Assembly (NCBI RefSeq): GCF_037042905.1
Contig: NC_087262.1
Span: 15,376,001 to 15,440,000, forward strand
DNA: 64,000 nt
Reading direction: 5' to 3'
From: Lytechinus pictus
Lineage: Eukaryota
Below are positions 10,546-22,749 of this stretch, piece by piece. The notes under the pieces were generated by a model. The model saw only the letters and a program-made list of their open reading frames with translations. It made no database searches and was not told the origin of the DNA. Position 1 is the first letter of the stretch. Every line of letters begins with the position of its first letter. The position numbers were made by a program, and so were the translations under genes.

Positions 10546-13500
10546 GTACATGTTTTGTTTTATCTGGTACTTTGATGTAAAGCTTTCAAGATAATAGATC
10601 ATGCAATTGATTTTTTTAATTGATCGCGTAGCAGTAAAATCATGCATCATGTTTGTGTTACAGGACCCTAGTATTCAACTAAAACTAGTGCATCACACAT
10701 CTGCAAATTTATTACTATTATTAGAAAATCCCAGATTCCAAATGTAAGACAAAGTCTTGCCAGAATTTATCTCAGGTAGTCCTTAAAACTGGGAAACAAA
10801 TTGTATCTGTACTCGTGGTCTTCAACATCGATAATTTGAGTCATGCCTGTTGTTAGAGGTGGAAGAAAGGTATTCAATGGAAAGCTGAGGATTTGCTCTT
10901 TAATTCATATTGTAAATTAATAAGAACCAGGATATTTTTGTTGTTCAGGACCCAAGCTGGTCTTACTCACTATGTCTGACATATATTATTCATGGGCCCG
11001 TATTCTGAAGTCAGGTTTAACTTAAACTCAGGTTTAAAGTTGTGGTTTAAGTATGGACAGCCAATTGTTACATAAATCACTAACAGTAGAGATATCATAC
11101 TTCAGCTCATTTGGCTCTCAAATCATTCATAATTGTCTAGGAAGTATAAATATATTGTCTAGGAAGTATAAATATATTGTCTAGGAAGTATAAATATATT
11201 ATTGTCTTAACCATCGATGAATCAGGAACGAGCTCAGTAGACATGGGAAACATACAACTTAATACAAATTTTGATACTTTTGGCTTCCCATACTTAAACC
11301 ACAACTTTAAACCTGAGTTTAAGTTAATCCCGACTTCAGAATACGGGCCATGGAGATTAACTATGGAATTTTCCTTCATTTTAGGATGTCAAGTATGGGG
11401 TGAATGGCAACACTTTGGATGTTTGGACGCCATATTCCTCCAGCAATACGTACCCCGAGCCCACCCGACCAGTCGTGGTCTTTGTTTATGGAGGAGCTTG
11501 GGGGTCAGGGGACAAGGCCATGTATGGGTTGTTGGCTCAAGAAATAATGGATAATCTTGGGGCTCTTGTGGTGATACCAAACTACAGCATTTATCCAAAG
11601 GTAAGTGTAAAAATGGTCTAGCCGGGCAATTTTGCCTTAAGCGCAGCACAAGTTAGTAGATTGCCTTCCACTAAAGTATCAGAACACTAATTAGGGGGGG
11701 GGGGGCATTTCAAAGTCACTGCAACACCACCCTCCCATTAATATTTCCAAAATGTTGTATTACAAAAAGAGCTGAATCTTCTGTAGGCCTATACTACTGT
11801 ATTGATCTATCATTAACACATTCTTGTGCATTTGTCCAACTGGAAATTAAAAAATAGTGGTCACTGAAGTTCATGTTAAACAAGACAAGACATCCAGAAC
11901 TTTTAGTACTCTTATGGTCCTATGTCTTTATGGGTAAGATAATTTTTTTTAATGAATAGAGATCCTTTACCAATATATGAATTAATATTATTAATCCATT
12001 GTTTTGTACATTTCTTCATACTATTAAATTGAGATAATTCTTAGAAGAATGTTTGAAAAAAAATTCTCCTACTATATTTAATTGTGTAACTGCATTTCTT
12101 TTCATTTCTGTTATTATATTAGGGTGATGTGAAGGAGATGATTTGTGATGTCCATGACACCGTTGCTTATATAAAATCACCCAGCTTCCATGAGACATTT
12201 CATGATGTCGATCAGAATAAGATTATTCTCTTTGGACATTCTGCCGGAGCCCATCTTTGTGCCCAATCAGTGATAGAGCTGTCTGAGGGGATCCTGGAAA
12301 GGAGTGGATCGGATCGGCCAGCAGATGGAATCAAAGTTGAAGAGAGGGACGGTAAGGCAAATGCAACATTAAATGGCTCGTATTTTGAACTGGGGCCCTG
12401 TTTCATAACGGGTTACAGTCATGGTAACTTTGTTGTAATGCTAACTACCATGGTAACAAGGCCAAGCAGCCAGTGACAGTCAAGATTTCTATGGTCATTT
12501 ACAATAATGACAAAGTTACCATGGTTTTAATTGTTAGTGAAATGGGCATGGCTTGATTTAAGGTCCAGTCTAAAGTTGTAGTCTAACTATAGTATAGATT
12601 GCAAATTGTTACACAAAGCCCTAAGATCAGCTAATATGAGAGAATAAGGAGGGAAAACTATAACATTGCAATCATTAACAATGGAAGATAATGATGAATA
12701 TTCATGAGTTGAAGAAAAGGAGTCAACTGCACAATGGGAAATTATGAATTATGCATTAGAACACCAAAGACAATTATGTGCAGAATAGAGGATCTAATGC
12801 GTGAGAATGGTCAAGGCAAAACCATGAGCACTATAGGGACCTCCTGCATGTGCATGAGAGAGGTATCTCATTCAGGATATGTCCCTGAGCAACAGGATAA
12901 AGAGAATGTCTTTCAATAAGGTAAACAGAATTTATTTGAAAGTTAAAATTTAGAAACGGGACTGGGGAGTGGTGAACCAATAAGAGAAGTTTGATAGTTG
13001 CTTGAAAACAGGACAATATATAGCAACGTTGTTTGGTCAAACATCAAAGCATGCGCTCTCCAATTACTTCCCACGCGCTCTCCAAATTACTACCCGTGCG
13101 ATTGGCTGAAAGACATTGGCCCGTCAACCAAGTGATCCTCATCTTGGCAACGTGACGAATGTAAGTGGGAAATTAGACGTTCTCATCTAGCAACACTCCA
13201 CTAATATACAGCCACATTCATAGCAGCTGCCACCAATAAGCCAGTTCGTAGTTCCATTCTGCGCATGATCAGAGGAAGGTCATTGGTATTAAAGTGACAT
13301 GGTGGTTTAAAAGTTAATGAGATAAGCACCAACTTTGGTGTCTTGATTATTCATTTATTCTTTTGAATTGTGTTTTTCATTTACATCCATAAAGAACAAA
13401 CATGCGTCCACGAACGACTGGTATTTCAGTTTGCCAAGTACATTGTACAGCATGCTATAATATGCATTCAAAGTAGAAATCCAACAAATACCTTCATGGA

Positions 13501-16500
13501 GTGTTCATTGGTGTGCTATTCTAGTCACCTGGTATAATTCAATTTCTTCATCCTGCTATGTAAGGCATGCGTATGTTATATCTTGCTTTAAAATCTGCTT
13601 ATCATAATGAAAGAAATGAACGCTCATTTGACCAAAATTGTCCATGATGTAACTACGAACTGGTCTATTTATTTATATTTTATCATACCATACCATACTG
13701 TGACTGATCTTTCAAATGCCCACAGCAGCGTTCACATGGCTGAACTTAAGTTGGCAGCCAAAGAAATGCAAGAAGGGAGTCAGGTGGGGTTCAATCCGCG
13801 AGAGAACAGGGCTTGTTACTACAACACTACGTCAGGTGATACCTAGTTGGAAAGTCCGCCTCAAATGTAGACGAGGACTACATAAAAGACAGTGATGTGA
13901 AAAGATTTTCGCAGTACCCACCATCCATGGAGCAGAAGCGTATACCACCTTGCGTACTCGAGGGTTCGCCGCCACATTTCCAACTCCAGCAGCTGCTCCG
14001 GACACCAAGGTGACCATTCTCTTCGCCAAAGGGATACCCACGCAAGTCTCCACACCAGATATGAAGAGATTAAAGCAACCCAGTAAGTGCAGTGCATTGA
14101 TGTTTGGGTTAATGAGGATGTTTTTAGATCTTCATGTATACTTTTTAAAGTTGTTTGTGAGGGTGCATTTACTATTTAAAAATAGTGCAAGTCTTTGGAA
14201 AATAAATGTTCAACTGAAGTAGGGGGATAAGCCTAATCACACACATAAAAAAAAACAGCAAACAGAGATGAAGAAGAGCTATCTCTGGAGACACAAGAAC
14301 ATAATAGAACTGAACTCAATGAAGTCTGGTAGTGCAATGATTTATTAAATGGGCTGTTTTGTATTACATAATTAACATATATTCAAATTAGGGAACATCA
14401 ACCAATCAAAATAAAGAAATTGGAAGAGTCCAATTCATAAAAATAAGAGATAGCAGATAGAGATGAATAACATGTTGGGATGATTATGTCATAAGAATGT
14501 TGAACAAAAGAATCAGATGTGAGAATGTCATGAATTAACACAACTGAATAGGAAAGGAATGACAGGAAAAGCAGGTTGAAAGTCAAATGGAAATGGATGA
14601 CAACAGAAGCATCAAAAATGTAAACAACGCTGAGCTAAATACCAAAGCTGAAACTGTAAATAATAAATTATAAATTATAAAAGGAAATTACCAAATGTCA
14701 AAATGATAGGCCTCAACTATGTATGGAATTCTGTCTGATGCCATAGTAGTCAATGTAAATGGTTCCAAGTTAATCATTGCTTACCTGTTAACCTATATTG
14801 AATTATTTTCATAGAGTTGTTATCTTTTTCTTTTTATTGACTTTACAGTCTGTTGATGTGGTAGAGAAAGATCACGCATTGAAGAAATCAAAGAAGCAGA
14901 GATTTGAGATTCCCTCGGATGTGAATCCACAAAGAAGTGTGAAGCTGATTTCAGGAAGTTGAAGGAGTTTTTGAAGACGTATGCACAGTTCCTCTTGGGG
15001 GTAAGCGTTTTTCCGTTGTGAAATCTTTCGACAAGGATATCTACATGAATGTGAGGTAATATTGTAACATAGGTTACCAGCGGACCCTGTATGAAAGTCA
15101 AATGGAAATGGATGACAACAGAAGCATAAAAAATGTAAACAAAGCTGAACTGAAAGGTATCGATCTAACCTGGGAGAATTGGAACAACCTGGCAGTGGCT
15201 GTACGATGCATTCACATGGCCATTGTTCTGAAGAGATTGCAACGAAAACAAAATGATAAGTCATAGACTCAGTTCCATCATAAGAATCCTGAGCATTGTA
15301 GTTAAAATAATAATCATAGATTTTCCCACATAGGCGATGTGTTTGTGCTTTACTGTATCTCTTTCATTCGAGAATACGGCTAACGATTCATGATGATACT
15401 GAAGGGATATTTGGTGATAGAGCTGTTCCAAAAGATCTCCAGCTTGCTGATACCATTTGGACTGTTAGTATCTCCTTGATGATACCAAGCAAGGCAGATT
15501 GTGTCTACCCATCAATATCCATTGTCGTACCATGCATGTTGAACTACAAAATGCCTTACCATTGGAACAATCTCTGAACTTATTGAACCTGGGGCTGTAA
15601 AAGTATTCTAGTTTCTTTAAAGGAAGGGAAAAAAGTATTTTATTATGTAACAAATCAGAGTGAGTTTTTTTTCTGTGTCAGACTGACACATCGTACGCTC
15701 TTGTCCTGCCTGGTGCGTGCTACACATTTTTAGAAGAAATTGTAATGCCACGTGATATGAACATTCTAATCTATAAAATCTTAAAGTTCAAAATAGTTGT
15801 ATAAATACCAAAATTTCAGACTACTTCGAGCCTCCCTGAGGGACTAAATACAAATTCATTTCCAAAACTGTGAGCTGATTTGGACTTTACTACTGCCACA
15901 AAGTGTTGCAGCAAAGAAGAATTCTGATTTTAGTAGTCCATGGATTATGCCGAAAAAAATTAAAAAGCAATTTTATTTCTTAATTTAATTCGAAATGCAA
16001 TTGTATAACATAATTGTGTCGTATTGGATCTTGTAGTGTGTGGCGGGCTTAAGAAACTCTTTATCAAATATTCTAATTGATGATGATGATGGGTTCTTGT
16101 ATAGCGCCGGTATCCGCCTCAGCTGGGCGCTCATGGCGCTTGCTCAAAAGTAGGAAATATCTCACAAATTTCAATGTCTTTAAACAGTGCTTAGGATCAT
16201 CATTCAGTTCAAGTACTGTCCTAGTAATGCTACAATTGAGTTATTCTTGCAATAATGTTGGAGTGGGGAACAGAAAAGTCTTCAGGTAAGACTCAAAAGT
16301 TGATTGGGTCTCTGCTCTCCTGATAAATTGAGGAAGGCTATTCCACAGCTTTGGTCCAGAGATGTAGAAGGCTCTGTCACCCCAAGTTGTGTGGCTGAGA
16401 GATTCTGTCAGCAATGCTTGATCTGCTGATCTGAGACTGCGTGTTGGTCTATGCTGAGATAAGAGCTCTGATATGTAGGGTGGAGATTTATCGTTAAGCG

Positions 16501-19500
16501 CTTTAAATACGAGGACCCCAAGTTTATAGGATATTCTCTGGTTGACAGGCAGCCAATGTAGGTCACGCAGAATTGGAGTAATGTGGACTCTCTTTCTTTG
16601 AAGGGATACAAGACGTGCGGCCATGTTCTGCAGACGCTGAAGTCTGTGCAGTTGATGTTGAGTCAAACCAGTCAAAATTGAGTTGCAAATGTCCAGTCGG
16701 GTTGTTACAAAGGCATGAACAAGGAGTTCAGCAACTTTCTTAGTTACATGCTTGCGGATCCTTCCAAGATTACGGATAGAGATACAGGCAGCCTTGGAAG
16801 TGCCTGTGACATGCTGCTCCATTGTAAGTGAGGAATCAAACACTACTCCAAGGTTTCTCACTTGATCAGAAGGCTTGATTAAAGAGTTGCCAATTCTTAG
16901 ATGGTTTATTGTAACTTTGGCTCGTTGTTGACGAGATCCCACAATAAGGAATTCCGTCTTGTCCTTATTCATCTTAAGATAGTTATTAGACAGCCATTCC
17001 TGGAGGTCAGCTACACAGGATTCAATGCGCTGAAGTCCTAAATTGACCTCAGTTTGAGATGAGTTGACGGTACAGTAAATCTGTGTATCATCTGCATATC
17101 GGTGATACTGGAGTCCGTGCCTCTTGATGATGTGAGATATGGGCGAAGTGTACATGCTGAACAACTGCGGGCCGAGGACAGAGCCTTGAGGAACGCCATA
17201 CTTCAGCGTTGATGAGTCGGATCTGGCACCGTCAACGGAAACATAGCTCGTCCTTCCTGTCAGGTACGATCGAAACCACTGTAGTGCGACTCCGCTGATT
17301 CCATATAGGTCACTAAGTCGATGGAGAAGAATATCATGGTCGACAGTGTCGAACGCTGCTGAAAGATCCAGTAGGACTAGAAGCGATATCTTCTTTTGAT
17401 CCATGCCGGAAAGTAGATCATTCTGGACTCTGAGGATTGCTGTCTCGACACTATGATTGGCACGATAGGCAGACTGGAATGTATCATGGAGAGAATTATC
17501 TGTGATGTAGGAACTCAACTGGTTCATCGCGACGCGCTCCAGTGTCTTGCTCAAGAAGCTGAGGTTGGAGATCGGGCGATAGTTGCTCATGTTCTCTGGA
17601 TCGAGTTTTGACTTCTTCAGCACTGGATTAACTTGTGCAACTTTCAGAACTTCTGGGACTTCTCCAGATTGTAAAGAGGTATTAATGATTGATGTCACAA
17701 TAGGGATCACAGTAGAAGAACAGGATTTGAGCAACAGAGTTGGGATAGGATCCAGATCACATGATTTTGGTGGTGAAGATAATACAATGCGTCGTACCTC
17801 ATCCTCTGTTACCTCTTCGAATACCGACAAGTTACTAGGTGATGACAATATTCCAGCAGAAGGAAGGCTTAGGTCATCAGCAATCTGGCATCCTTGGCGG
17901 ATGGTTGAGATCTTTTCATCAAAGAACTTACAAAATTCTTTGGATAGCTGTTCCTTTGACTGGTGCTGTGGGAGAGGAGACTTGCTCTTGCGATGAAGGA
18001 CTTTATCAGCAATACTGAAGAGTCATCTCTGGTCTTTTGCATTCTCTGTGAACAGGTCATTGTAGTATGTTGACTTTGATTGACGAATGAGTCGATTGAC
18101 CTTCTGCTTCTGCGATGTATACATCTGCCGATGAATCTCAAGTCCAGAGTTTCTCCACAGGGTCTCTAGGCGACGTCTTTCCCGCTTTTCAGTATGAAAG
18201 CTGCTCTTGAACCATGGAGAATGGGGTCTCAGAACCACTGTACGTGTCTTCATTGGAGCATGACTATCAAAAATATTTTCAAGGATGGTGTTATACTGCT
18301 CAGCTTGTGATGACAATGAGTTAAGTTTCAACTCTGTACTGGAAAGCTTGGAAGACTTTATATCATCACAGAGAGCCTCCTTACTGATGGCTGATACATT
18401 CCTTGTTTTTACTTCAACCTTCTGGTTCTGAGGGCGCTCAAGATACAGCTTGATGGTTATTGCTGAATGATCAGCTATCCCGTCGATGACATGCAGATCA
18501 TCAAAAAAGGTTGGGTCTGATTCCCTGGTGATCGGTAAGTCCAGAGTGTGACCTTTTCTATGCGTAGGACAGGTAACACTTTGTCTAAGGTTGTGGCTAG
18601 AGAGGAGATTCTTGAAGGCACAAGCATTTGCATTTGACGCTGAGTCGACATGAACATTAAAATCACCTGTGATGATAATAGGCATTTGATTCAAACATAC
18701 ATCTTCAATAAGTGACTCAAACTCTGCAGTGAACGCATCGAAGGAAGAACCTGTTGATCTAGTTGGTGGGCGGTACACTACAACAAGTAGGAGTGATAAT
18801 TACCTATGAGCAGTGGTTGATTGTGTTCAATGCATCGGGATATTGTAGATCTTTGCAAAGAAAGGAAATCTGATCCTCATCGTTGAATAATGATATTCTG
18901 AAGCATATGAGCAAGAGGAGAGGAAGAAGAATATATAAGGCCCTTGCTGTGTATTGATTAATAATATGACAGATACCTGTAAAATGTTAAATGTGTTAAT
19001 GATGTTGTCTCTACATCAAGATATATGTTTGAGTGTCGTAAATTCGTTTGTAAAAATATTCATGAATTGATAATTCAATAGCCTAGTTGAAAGGTTAATG
19101 TAATAAATTTTTCCTCAAAGTAGTACAAGGTTTTTGTCTTTTATTTCATAGGAGTGGTGTGTATTTTTCCAATGAGGAAGGATGAAGAGAGACACAGAGA
19201 GAGAGGACTATAAGTGATGATGATGATAATTATAGTCGTGCTGTTGATCAGGGGCCACAGAACGGTTTTGAAAGTGGGGGGCTGAGCCGAAAGTGGGGAG
19301 GCTGACCATGCACAAAATCACAATCAGGTGGTCATTTTACGATTTTGTAAAAAAGTGGGGAACCGCCCCCCCCCCACCCAGTTCTGTGACCCCTATTGAT
19401 GGTGACGTTGCTGCTGATGATGTGATGATGTGTACTCATGATGGTGATGATGAGGAAGAACGTAATGATGGATGAAATATATAGTATTATAATTCATATA

Positions 19501-22283
19501 CATACAGCATTTTGAGTCCCTTTTCAAAATCGTGTCTGGATTGCATTGTTGACATCCCAGATACCTTGCTGACAAAAGACACAGAAAATCAAATTATAAG
19601 GGAAATTTGAGATGTTCCATAAAACGACCCAAGAATTATTTCATAATTGGTCAATTCCCAAAGAGAAGAATGCCCTTCAGTTGATGTAACAGAATTTTGC
19701 GTGCATTCCTACATTGCAAAGTGACCACCCATGTTTGACCCTAATGATATTCAGCTTCTAAGATGGGTTCAAAAAGGTTAAACAACCTGCATGGTCAGTA
19801 TGGTATGAAGGGCCTGTCCATGGGATATATTTTATGAGAAACCATCAATTACTCGGTATTGAAGTAAAATTAATCATACATTTTACTCTGCAATTCATTT
19901 TACTGCTATCTTGTTGCTAGGAATTTGGTTTACTTTTTGGTAGGAGCCGAGTGAGTGCCATGATATGTCATTTGTCTTTCAGCCTATTGCATGGAAGTAG
20001 ATTTGAGAGCACATGCTTTTGGTGTTTGACCAAACAACGTTGCTATGTTGTCCTGTTCTCAAGCAACTATTCAACTTCTCTTATTGATTCACCAGTCCCC
20101 TGTTTCTAATTTCAACTTTCAAACCACAGAACTTGGTTTTTAGAAAATACATCTATTCAATTCTGTTTTCCTTGTTAGGTGTTCGTTTATCCTGTTGCTA
20201 GGGGATAGTCCCTTAACATTATGTATGTACCTATCTAATTAATTCATATTCATTAGACCCTCTATTGTGCACTTATTTCATGCATATTCAGGAGGTTCCT
20301 ATAATTGTGCACCTGGTTTCCCCTTGACCCTTGACCCCTGTTGTGCACTTTGTGTGATTCTTACCCCTTTTGTTCACCATATATGAATATTCATTGTTGC
20401 AAAGTGTGACATCAGCATCCCACTCATGCCATATCCATCATTGGACTAATGATGAGGTACAGTGATACAGATCGCTTTTCCCCTCCCAGACGTAGGTGAC
20501 ACCAAACAAATGATAAATGATAATAATATTACTTACCATAGGGATGACAGAAGCAGACACTTCAAAGTTGTTGGACAGTTCTGCGTTTTCGCCCAGTGAG
20601 CTGCTCTCGTCGATCAGAGGAGTGGTTGGTGTGGGCGGAGTCTACCACATCATGGATCACTACCACCATGAATCCTGGCGAGGGGTGGAGGATCTCTCCC
20701 CCATGTGGAGAGCCATGAACGGTCTGGAGAACTTTGATCATTTCTCCCCGACGGAGAGGGTTTTAAAGATGTCACAGCAACAGATAGAAAGGTTGGTTGA
20801 TTTCTGTTTCCTTGAAATGTCCAGTTTAACACAAATTTTTGTCTCGCCTGCGTAGCGGAGCGAGACAGAGGTATCACTATTTCCGGTGTCGGCGTCGTCG
20901 TCGTCGTCAACAATTGTGTTGTACACCCAATAACTTTCTATAGCTTTGAGGTGGGATCACCAAATTCATACCAGAGGTCCATCTCCTGAAGGCACAGGTC
21001 AAGTTCGAATATGAGCCGAATTTGAATAAGGTCAAAGGTCAATGAACTTTCCATGACTGGCACTGTGCTGTGTTGTACACATAATAACTTTCTATATCTT
21101 TGAGGTGGGATCACCAAATTCATACCAGAGGTCCATCTCCTGAAGGCACAGGTCAAGTTCGAATATGAGTCGAATTTGAATAAGGTCAAAGGTCAATGAA
21201 CTTTCTATGACTGGCACTGTGCTGTGTTGTACACACAATAACTTTCTATAGCTTCGAGGTGAAATCGCCAAATTCATAACAGACGTCCATCTCTTGAAGG
21301 TACAGGTCAAGTTCGAATTTGAATAAGGTCAAAGGTCAATGAACTTTCCATGACTGGCACTGTGCTGTGTTGTACACACAATAACTTTCTATAGCTTCGA
21401 GGTGGGATCGCCAAACTCGTAACAGAGGTCCATCTAAGTCATATAGCATACATGTAGTTTTGACATGCAGTCTCTTCATGACTGCAATATGCAGGCGAGA
21501 CAACACTTGGCGTTTAATTGCCTTGTTTTTAAAGGGATCTAATGGTACAGAGGGGTGGACCTCTCCCCCCTTGTGGAGAGCTATGATTGGTTTTGAGGAC
21601 TTGATCATTTCTCCTCAACAGAGGGTTTTAACAATGTTATTGCAAAAGGTAGGAAGGTAGGTCAAGTCCTGTTCTTGAAAATGTCTGGTTTAAAATAAAT
21701 CTTTATTAAAAGGATCTAATAGTATAGAGGGGGAAAGGACCTCTCCCCTGTGTTGGGAGCCGTGAACAGTCTAGCTTCGACTACTTCTCTGCGATGTGAG
21801 GGTTTTAAAGATATCCGCCCATCAGATAGAAAGGTAGCGAGGTCAAGTCCTGTTTCCTTCAGAATATATGCATTAAAAAGGGGGGAAATGATGGTGAACT
21901 CTTTATTCCATGTTGAAAAACTTTAATCACTTCTCCCTGACAGAAATGGTTTTAAAAATGTAAATGTCAACTATCCATTATCAGTTTTCTCTCTCTTTAC
22001 ACTTAACATGATAGTTACAAAAGTTTCCTCAAATCTTCCCAATCTTTACAGATTGCCTCCCATCTACCTCATCCACGGCACCGATGACAAGGTCGTCCCT
22101 TTGTCCTCGACCGAGAAGTTTTCCACAACACTCACCGAGCGGGAGGCGGACGTGACAGTCCGACTAATAGGGGAAGGGGGTCATGCGGAACTTATCATGG
22201 ATTTGATGGAGCGTGGGAGGAAGTTTTATGATGTAATGATGAACCTCATCACATTGGAGTTTGCTGATAAGGTTTTTAAATAA
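10279..22283 (+). CDS. Isoprenylcysteine alpha-carbonyl methylesterase (ICME/ICMEL)-like alpha/beta hydrolase, about 397 aa; exons 10279-10545, 11385-11600, 12123-12351, 20542-20791, 22052-22283
   Basis: All introns GT-AG with consistent phases (0,0,1,2). Oxyanion VYGGAWGSG, nucleophile GHSAG, acid HGTDDKVVP, His GGHAE, hydrophobic N-terminal segment. Confidence 0.88.
10995..11349. mobile_element. Harbinger-type MITE
   Basis: About 60-bp TIR GGCCCGTATTCTGAAGTC..; TSD ATG; internal 21-bp triplication. Same family at 26195-26481. Confidence 0.85.
11385..11600 (+). CDS. ICME-like coding exon 2
   Basis: ttttag|DVKYG..LDVW..PVVVFVYGGAWGSGDK..PNYSIYPK|gtaagt. Confidence 0.9.
12123..12351 (+). CDS. 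ICME-like coding exon 3 (catalytic Ser)
   Basis: ttag|GDVKEMICDV..IILFGHSAGAHL..ERD|gtaagg. Confidence 0.9.
13736..14085 (+). pseudogene. Degenerate ORF remnant with a WW-domain-like segment
   Basis: MAELKLAAKEMQEGSQVGFNPRENRACYYNTTSGDT, then after a 1-nt shift SWKV; flanked by a cacag acceptor and a gtaagt donor. Confidence 0.35.
16078..18800 (-). mobile_element. 5'-truncated L2-clade LINE; ORF2 (APE endonuclease + RT) with one in-frame stop
   Basis: ORFs 18778-18023 (YRPP, GDFNVH, PTHRKGHTLDL) and 17848-16241 (YRPISNL, DLSAAFDTVDH, GVPQGSVLGP, YADDTQ, HWLPV, GDRAF, LWNSLP) share a frame, separated only by TGA at 18023-18025. L2-type 3' end with (CAT)n tail. Confidence 0.95.
19249..19394. 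mobile_element. Small TIR element (CAGGGGCC family)
   Basis: CAGGGGCCACAGAAC / GTTCTGTGACCCCT; related copy at 50654-50825. Confidence 0.6.
20542..20791 (+). CDS. ICME-like coding exon 4
   Basis: catag|..IRGVVGVGGVYHIMDHYHHESWRGVEDLSPMWRAMNG..QIER|gttggt. Confidence 0.88.
20841..21525 (+). mobile_element. HINE-like Helentron derivative with tandem units of about 154 bp
   Basis: T-run insertion; subTIR GTCTCGCCTGC / GCAGGCGAGAC; (GTC)n stretch; 3' hairpin GGCGTTTAATTGCC; units begin near 20929, 21082, 21236, 21379. Confidence 0.75.
21547..21965 (+). pseudogene. Three decayed tandem copies of the 3' half of ICME-like exon 4 plus its donor
   Basis: Copies at about 21547-21700, 21725-21875 and 21880-21965 align to 20679-20840. 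Copy 1 translates SPPLWRAMIGFEDLIISPQQRVLTM versus LSPMWRAMNGLENFDHFSPTERVLKM. Confidence 0.8.
22052..22283 (+). CDS. ICME-like coding exon 5 (catalytic Asp and His)
   Basis: tacag|LPPIYLIHGTDDKVVP..GGHAELIMDLM..VFK*. Confidence 0.9.
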
Positions 22284-22401
22284 TGCAAATAAATGACTGC
22301 AAGGGCATGTTTTTTTTAAAGCATCACAGCTCAAGCTGGATGCCATCTTTATGGAAAGCCAAGCTGGACAATAATTGTGTGTAGAAGAGACACAATTATG
22401 A

Positions 22402-22749
22402 TTATCCGCTTTTTTATATAGCGCTTAATACATCAGAACGACGTGTCTAAGCGCTTTACAGATATATGATTACCCAGTCACCAGATTCAATCAGTCATTC
22501 CCGCGCACAATGTGTGCACATCCTCCACTCCCTGGGTAGTCGTCCAGTCGGTCGCCGGTGAGGCGCACACAGGACTGGACAAGCTACAATGAATTTCACA
22601 TCCTACCGGGTATCCATTTAGCACCTGGGTCGAGAGTGGCAAAGTGTGGATTAACGCCTTGCCAAAGGACGCCAGACCGCGGTGGAATTCGAACACACGA
22701 CCCTCTGTTTACAAAGCGAGAGTCAGAACCACTACACCACAGCTCCTCC
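22402..22749 (-). mobile_element. tRNA-derived SINE
   Basis: A-box TGGTGTAGTGG, B-box GTTCGAATTCC, central CCTTTGGCAAGG..CTCGACCCAGGTG..AATGGATACC, L2-like tail GTAAAGCGCTTAGA..AAGCGCTATATAAA. Confidence 0.85.

Larger units (their letters stand above)
12690..20400. mobile_element. Decayed long-TIR DNA element filling intron 3 of the ICME-like gene
   Basis: About 430-bp imperfect inverted repeats (12690-13117 vs 19972-20400; e.g. TAGCAACGTTGTTTGGTCAAACA / TGTTTGACCAAACAACGTTGCTA) enclosing degenerate exon-like remnants. Confidence 0.7.

Noticed and set aside
17583-17996. 137-aa plus-strand ORF and other ORFs overlapping 16241-18778
   Set aside because: Antisense or alternative-frame shadows of the L2 ORF2.
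18023-18025. Selenocysteine or programmed read-through at the in-frame TGA of the LINE
   Set aside because: The position is a variable linker, a CGA>TGA mutation is simpler, and no SECIS-like element was recognised.
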